Assembly: GCA_026397375.1 (NCBI GenBank)
Contig: JAPLUZ010000049.1
Coordinates: 1-37,298, forward strand
Direction: 5' to 3'
Length of the DNA: 37,298 nt
Source of the DNA: Candidatus Aenigmatarchaeota archaeon
GTDB taxonomy: Archaea > Aenigmatarchaeota > Aenigmatarchaeia > GW2011-AR5
Every line of letters starts with the position of its first letter. Position 1 is the first letter of the stretch. This document shows positions 32,168 to 37,298 of this stretch, in pieces. Made by a program: the position numbers and the translations under genes. The notes below the pieces were generated by a model. The model searched no databases. It had not been told where the DNA came from and saw only the letters and a program-made list of their open reading frames with translations.

Positions 32168-34359
32168 CCTTTATTCTTTATCCTTCGGAATTTTTCTTCC
32201 CTGTCCTGGGTGACCTCGTCAATTATGTTTTGGGCAATCTTCTTGCCGAGGATGGATTCCAGTTTCTCTTTCTTTGCGGCCTTTACACCGCTTATGGTTC
32301 TTATCTTATTAGTGAACAATAAACGTGCACGGGCGCGACCGATGGTTCTCAGCATTACCAGTTCCAATAATTCTTCCTTTACGCCGTATTTTATTCTTAT
32401 GCGCAATTTGTTCAGCTTGTTTGCTATTTCTTTCTTATTTAATAAAAATGCCAGTTCTCTTGCAGAATAAACCATCCATTCAGCGTTCAGCGTCTTGTTG
32501 TAAAGCTCGCCAGGGGCAACGTCGTATTTTTCCAATAGTTTGTCCTCGCCTATTTCATTTGTCCAGTCTTTCAAAAGCAAGGAAGTTTTAAACGCCGACA
32601 AAAAGTCCTCGTATTCCATGTCCCAGACATCCGGTATCTTTATTCCCATTTTTCCCGGAGCAAGATCGTCGCCTTTCTTCACGCGCAGCGTAGGCCGCAT
32701 TTCCATGCACTGATTTATTACCGTAAGATATCCTAAATCATTGTTTGCATCTATGTTGTCTATGATGAGCTTGGCTGACAGCGGGTCTACATACAATTCA
32801 GCAACTCTTTTTCCTATCCGGGTTGCTTTTAATTTTATATCGGCTGTAAGGGAAAAGGCTGGGCGAAAATCACCAAGGAATTTTTCGTCATCACCGTACT
32901 GAATAAAGCTATAGGATCTTAATTCTTCTAAAATCTTTTCCACCTTGTTCATGACTTCTTCCATGTCCTTATACTGGTGTGCAAAGAAAGTCTGGGAAAA
33001 AAAGGTTTTCAATTCAGATTTTGTACGAACAGATTCGCTTGCTATCAGTGCAAGGGTGTGCATGCGCAGCGCCTGCTCTGTTGATAATTTAGAATAAATT
33101 GGCTCAATATCACCGTCGATGTATCTTTCTTTAAGATCCTGGGCTTCCCTGACGGACTTGGCAAGCAGAATGGCTTCTCCTTCGCTGTCGTACTTTGGCC
33201 GGCCTGCCCTTCCCATCATCTGGCATACTTCGAAATTAGGTATGAAATAGGAACCGTAATAACTGGAATCAAAACGTTTGACGTCGCGAATCAGAACACG
33301 GAAGGCAGGTAAATTTACACCAAACGACAAGGTGGGCGTGGCGACTATGAATTTTATCACGCCGGCTTTAAAAGCGTCTTCTATCAGCTTTCTTTGCTTT
33401 GCGATGAGGCCTGCGTGGTGAAAAGCAACGCCTTCTTTTACTATGTTTGCAAGGCGTCTACACTGCCTGGTTGGATTGGATAAGACGCTTTCTATTTCCT
33501 CTGCCAGAGGTTTCAGTGCCATCTTATCGTCATTGCTTAGCAGCTTGTTAATCTGCTTGGAAATTTTTTCAGCCGCGGACTCAGCACTTCTTCGCGTACC
33601 AACAAAGACAAGGGCCTGTTTTCCCTTGTTTAATGTATCAATACAAGCGGCTATTTCACCGTCATATTTCTGGTCTATTTTGTATTTTTTATCGGCGAAT
33701 TCAACTGTGTAATTATCCTGTTCCGGATACAGAACGCCCCGGCTGAGTTTTATCGGCCTGTAATCACTTTCAACTAATTTTGCTTTTAGCCATTTTGCCA
33801 TTTCATCAGAGTTTTTTATTGTGGCGGACAAGGCAAGAACCTGGCTGTTGGTTATGTTCATCAGCTTTGTTAAAACGACCTCCAGCGTCGGGCCACGGCT
33901 TACGTCGTTGAGCATGTGAATCTCATCGATAACAATGAGCCTTATGTCATTTATCCATTTTGCATTCCTGCGGAGCAGGGAATCCATCTTCTCATTGCTC
34001 AATATAACAAGGTCGTAGTTGCCTAGCCATTCTTCCTGATTGTCAAAGTCAGACGTTGACAGGGCAATGCGCATGCCAATGCTTTTGTATTTTTCCTGCA
34101 TGTCATCGTATTTCTCGCTTGCGAGTGCCTTGAGCGGAACAAGGTACACGGATTTTTCATTGGCAAGAAACTTCTTTATTATTGCAAGCTCTGCTATCAG
34201 TGTCTTCCCGGAAGCTGTTGGTGAAGCCACAACTAAGTTCTTCCCCTCAAGCAGACCATGCTTTACTGCTGCTACCTGCGGCGGGTTCAGCGCTTCCACG
34301 CCGGTTTTTCTTATTGCCGATATTATAGGGTCAGGAATATTAAGGTCTTCCAGCTTCAT
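32164..34359 (-). CDS. hel308: Ski2-like DNA helicase Hel308
   Basis: Motif I ASPTASGKT, DEIH box (VIDEIHML), SAT (LSATI), GRAGRP, 731 aa, and a C-terminal helix-hairpin-helix-like region. Confidence 0.88.
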   Translation of the reverse strand: MKLEDLNIPDPIISAIRKTGVEALNPPQVAAVKHGLLEGKNLVVASPTASGKTLIAELAIIKKFLANEKSVYLVPLKALASEKYDDMQEKYKSIGMRIALSTSDFDNQEEWLGNYDLVILSNEKMDSLLRRNAKWINDIRLIVIDEIHMLNDVSRGPTLEVVLTKLMNITNSQVLALSATIKNSDEMAKWLKAKLVESDYRPIKLSRGVLYPEQDNYTVEFADKKYKIDQKYDGEIAACIDTLNKGKQALVFVGTRRSAESAAEKISKQINKLLSNDDKMALKPLAEEIESVLSNPTRQCRRLANIVKEGVAFHHAGLIAKQRKLIEDAFKAGVIKFIVATPTLSFGVNLPAFRVLIRDVKRFDSSYYGSYFIPNFEVCQMMGRAGRPKYDSEGEAILLAKSVREAQDLKERYIDGDIEPIYSKLSTEQALRMHTLALIASESVRTKSELKTFFSQTFFAHQYKDMEEVMNKVEKILEELRSYSFIQYGDDEKFLGDFRPAFSLTADIKLKATRIGKRVAELYVDPLSAKLIIDNIDANNDLGYLTVINQCMEMRPTLRVKKGDDLAPGKMGIKIPDVWDMEYEDFLSAFKTSLLLKDWTNEIGEDKLLEKYDVAPGELYNKTLNAEWMVYSARELAFLLNKKEIANKLNKLRIRIKYGVKEELLELVMLRTIGRARARLLFTNKIRTISGVKAAKKEKLESILGKKIAQNIIDEVTQDREEKFRRIKNKG

Positions 34360-34388
34360 GCTTGTAGATTAATGGAAATAGATAAAAG

Positions 34389-35114
34389 CTAATGCAAAGA
34401 CTTTCCCTGTAGAACAAGTTTTATTTCTTTTAGGCACTCGTTATTATCGTAAACACCCCATAGGCCGTTTCCCAGCTCATCGTCCACGAGCTCTGCCTTT
34501 TTTGGATCAATCATTCTTAATACACTTGCATACTTTACTTCGTAGCATCTCTTGAAGCCGCCCAAAACCTTGCGAGAAAATATATCAAAAATCTGGTTTT
34601 CCTCGTCGTGGTAAGGCGCATTGTTGAAAATCATGTAAGTGAGTACATCCATCAGTCTTTGCGTGTTGAACCCATCCGGTTTCGGTTTATCGGTTAATCG
34701 TTTTACAATATATTTTACAGTTCTTGCGCCGGCTATCCTGTTAAGCGCCTTTGCAATGCGTTCGGCGTCTTGACCTTTCAAGGAGTAAATACTACTGTTG
34801 TCCACAAGAGCCATTAGTTTGGCATAGGCACGTCTGCCGCCCGCCCTGCCAAGCGCGTCTATGGCGTCGTCAAAATATTCTATAAACTCTCTATTATTCA
34901 TTATAGAAATCAGGCTGTCGGCCTTGTAGGATTCGCCTCGGTGAACATCCTTTACATACTTGCCAACATCCCGAACGTAAGCACTGTGTTCAGCCTTTTT
35001 TTCACCCCTCCTTATTTTTTCAAAATAGCTATTGATTTCCACAGCTGCGCAGACTGCGAGCCAGCCACCAACCAGAGCGACTGCTGTCCATTTTTTTGTG
35101 CTGTCTTTCATCAC
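34389..35114 (-). CDS. N-terminally membrane-anchored HEAT/PBS-lyase-repeat-like protein
   Basis: TM helix WTAVALVGGWLAVCAAV. AIDALGRAGGRRAYAKLMALV resembles HEAT-type repeats. It overlaps the upstream gene by 4 nt. Confidence 0.4.
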   Translation of the reverse strand: MMKDSTKKWTAVALVGGWLAVCAAVEINSYFEKIRRGEKKAEHSAYVRDVGKYVKDVHRGESYKADSLISIMNNREFIEYFDDAIDALGRAGGRRAYAKLMALVDNSSIYSLKGQDAERIAKALNRIAGARTVKYIVKRLTDKPKPDGFNTQRLMDVLTYMIFNNAPYHDEENQIFDIFSRKVLGGFKRCYEVKYASVLRMIDPKKAELVDDELGNGLWGVYDNNECLKEIKLVLQGKSLH

Positions 35115-36097
35115 TTTCGCCTGTTGACTATGTAGTCGGCAAAAAAGTCAAGGATTTCTTTCAGCTGGGCAGGCATCTTTCCTGCAATTTTCTTTGCGTC
35201 GCTGGCGTATTTTTCCGCCTTCTGTTTTGCATATTCTACAGAGCCATATTTTTCAAACAGGATTTTGGCGTAGGTAACGTCTTCATCGGTTGTTTTTTCC
35301 GGCTCTTTATTAATAATTGTTAACAATTTCTTCTTTTCGTCACCACCGCATTTGTTCAAGCAGTGGACGACAAGGATGCTGCGCTTGCCTTCTTTTATAT
35401 CCCGCCCGATTTCCTTGCGGCCCTTGCCTTCTGTAAGATCAAGAATATCGTCGGTTATCTGGAATGCGGGTCCAAGGTTCTTTCCAAAATCGATAAGTTT
35501 TGGTATCAAATCTTCCCTGTCCGCCATAATGGCTGCGCCCACCAGGGTGACTGTAAGATAGTGCGCTGTTTTGCCTATGACCATATCAAAGTATTGTTTT
35601 TCTGTTGGCTTGTCATTGCTACGGAGATTTATGTCCATTGTCTGGCCTTCTGCTGTGCGCAGCGACGTTTTTACCATGGCGTCAAGCAGCTTCATTACTT
35701 TGTCGTCGGAGACACCATAATCTTTTGAATGAAGAATTAATTCAAAGACTTTTTGGGCCATGTAGTCGCCCACGTTGACGCCGTGCGCAAGGCCGTATTT
35801 GACCCAGACTGCTGGCTTATCTCTGCGTACTTTGTCGCCGTCTTCTATGTCGTCGTGGACAAGGAACCAGTTGTGCAATAGCTCACAACTGGCGGCGAAG
35901 GGCAGTATTTTCTTTACGTCGCCGCCCAGGGCTTCGCACGCCAGTATTGCCAAAAGGGGGCGCAATCTTTTGCCGCCAGTATCCATATGGTAATTTATAG
36001 CGTCGTGCAAATTCTCGATACCTTTTTTTGGCAAAACCCTTTCTAATTCTTTGTCAATAAGATGCGCTTTTTCTCCCGTCTTTTCAAAGTCTATCAT
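35111..36097 (-). CDS. idsA: Polyprenyl (geranylgeranyl) diphosphate synthase
   Basis: First DDxxD region LVHDDIEDGD and second FQITDDILD. Confidence 0.85.
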   Translation of the reverse strand: MIDFEKTGEKAHLIDKELERVLPKKGIENLHDAINYHMDTGGKRLRPLLAILACEALGGDVKKILPFAASCELLHNWFLVHDDIEDGDKVRRDKPAVWVKYGLAHGVNVGDYMAQKVFELILHSKDYGVSDDKVMKLLDAMVKTSLRTAEGQTMDINLRSNDKPTEKQYFDMVIGKTAHYLTVTLVGAAIMADREDLIPKLIDFGKNLGPAFQITDDILDLTEGKGRKEIGRDIKEGKRSILVVHCLNKCGGDEKKKLLTIINKEPEKTTDEDVTYAKILFEKYGSVEYAKQKAEKYASDAKKIAGKMPAQLKEILDFFADYIVNRRK

Positions 36098-36278
36098 AGC
36101 TAGGATATTGCAAGAAGATTTATAAGCATAATCTATCGCGGGAAATTCTACACTATATCTGTGGATTATGCTATGCAGGAATAGGACCGGGCGTTATAAT
36201 CACAAAAGCTTAAAATATGAAGCCCGGGCAATATGGTAAATAGGAATAGCAATTGCTCATGCAATTACAACTTTAGAG

Positions 36279-36563
36279 GTGTTAGAAGTGGGAGCTCCAT
36301 ATAGAAGGACATATCAACATACGAAATCCAAAGGGCACGAATCTACGGTAAACTGCGGGTTCTGCGGAAGAATAGTACCAAGGTGGAAAACCTTTGTTCA
36401 GTACAAGAAATTCCGCATCACAGATCCGGTCATAAGGAAGCAGGTAGACCCCAGGTTCACGAGCAGTTTTGAAAGAAAGATTTACGTGTGCCCATCTTGC
36501 GCACGCTTTCGCGGTATAGTAGAGGTAGGCAGATCAAGAAAATCTCGTTCAAATCAGGGTTAG
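36279..36563 (+). CDS. rps26e: 30S ribosomal protein S26e (eS26)
   Basis: KGHESTVNCGFCGRIVPR and YVCPSCARFRGIV match the eS26 Zn-binding pattern. The start is a GTG at 36279 or 36288; there is no ATG. Confidence 0.7.
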   Translation: MLEVGAPYRRTYQHTKSKGHESTVNCGFCGRIVPRWKTFVQYKKFRITDPVIRKQVDPRFTSSFERKIYVCPSCARFRGIVEVGRSRKSRSNQG

Positions 36564-36566
36564 TTT

Positions 36567-37298
36567 ATGATGCAAAGGAAAATCGACCTGAAAGGCTACT
36601 TGTATAGGAAATTTAAGGAAAAAAAGAAGAGGCCTTCTACACGGGCAGGCATGCTCCTGGATAGCCTTAAAAAGAATTATCCAGAATCGGAATTTCCCAA
36701 ATTTGTAATTTCGCCCAATACAGGCCTGATAACACTGCCAAGAACGACTGAGATCAACATAAAGAGCGTAACTTACCCGCTAATCACGCCGTATGCGTAC
36801 GCCAATATAAGATACGATGAAGCAGAAAATATTCTTGCCTACAATGTAATGGAACCCACGCTGAGCGAATTTGAAGAGAATGTTTTTACAAAGGTAAAGG
36901 AAGGCCTGGTGCAGATAATTGACATCAGCCTGACCGATATACAAAAGCCGGGCGGCATATTCGAATTTTTAGAAAAAAACATAAGGCGCCTTCTCAATGA
37001 ATACAATTTCAAACTGACACAAAAAGAATACCTGAAGGTCATGTACTATGTCTACAGGGACTTTGTTGGACTGAACAAAATAGAGCCGCTGATGAACGAC
37101 CCGTATGTGGAAGATATAGGCTGCGACGGCATGAAAGTTCCTATTTATGTAGTGCACCAGAGGTTCGGCTCGCTGAGAACGAATATAATTTATAATAATG
37201 AAGAGGAACTGCGCGAATTTGTGATAAAGTTAGCAGAGCGCGCGGACAGATATATAAGCTATGCAGAGCCTTTGCTGGACGGAACACTGCGCGACGGG
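36567..37298 (+). CDS. FlaI/PilB-type type IV pilus/archaellum assembly ATPase, N-terminal part (3' end outside the window)
   Basis: Hand-translated; absent from the ORF track because the frame is still open at the window edge. YNVMEPTLSEFE, VMYYVYRDFVGLNKIEPLMNDPYVEDIGCDG and AEPLLDGTLRDG are typical of archaeal FlaI-like ATPases upstream of the Walker A motif. Confidence 0.75.
   Translation, partial: MMQRKIDLKGYLYRKFKEKKKRPSTRAGMLLDSLKKNYPESEFPKFVISPNTGLITLPRTTEINIKSVTYPLITPYAYANIRYDEAENILAYNVMEPTLSEFEENVFTKVKEGLVQIIDISLTDIQKPGGIFEFLEKNIRRLLNEYNFKLTQKEYLKVMYYVYRDFVGLNKIEPLMNDPYVEDIGCDGMKVPIYVVHQRFGSLRTNIIYNNEEELREFVIKLAERADRYISYAEPLLDGTLRDG

Noticed and set aside
1-37298. Search by eye for integrase, transposase, IS terminal repeats, cas genes, rRNA, RNase P RNA or SRP RNA
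   Set aside because: I recognised none. The AT-rich islets therefore cannot be called mobile elements from this window alone.

Overview
Compact archaeal chromosomal segment with about 50 CDS and one intron-containing tRNA. I recognised no rRNA, CRISPR array, integrase or transposase. The archaeal origin rests on TFB, an archaeal histone, aIF5A plus deoxyhypusine synthase, ribosomal proteins eS1 and eS26, Hel308, an ATP-dependent DNA ligase, GGGP synthase, a class III signal (prepilin) peptidase and a FlaI-type ATPase. The dense packing, 1-8 nt gene overlaps, TATA boxes about 25 nt upstream of start codons (leaderless type) and low GC suggest a small-genome archaeon, possibly DPANN-like. Lineage cannot be settled by eye. 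Housekeeping and isoprenoid-lipid genes (GGGPS, UPP synthase, GGPP synthase) are interleaved with accessory material. That material includes three toxin-antitoxin-like modules: an MNT-HEPN fusion, an AbiE-like pair with a duplicated 29-nt promoter/operator repeat, and MazEF with a tandem 11-nt repeat. It also includes cell-surface genes: an archaeosortase-like protein, a lipobox protein, a secreted TM-anchored protein, a prepilin peptidase and a pilus ATPase. The best candidate for an undescribed system is at 5919-9287. It is a 526-aa protein with no recognisable domain, joined through a 27-codon micro-ORF to a 570-aa endonuclease IV/xylose-isomerase-like TIM-barrel protein with a roughly 200-aa helical insertion. 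This module sits in a 6.4 kb block (3098-9549) in which no gene has a core housekeeping assignment and most have no functional call; the block also holds a tandem pair of paralogous 165/171-aa proteins. A second candidate is a co-transcribed pair of coiled-coil proteins (21591-23581) upstream of the prepilin peptidase. All functional calls come from motif recognition by eye and need database or structure searches.
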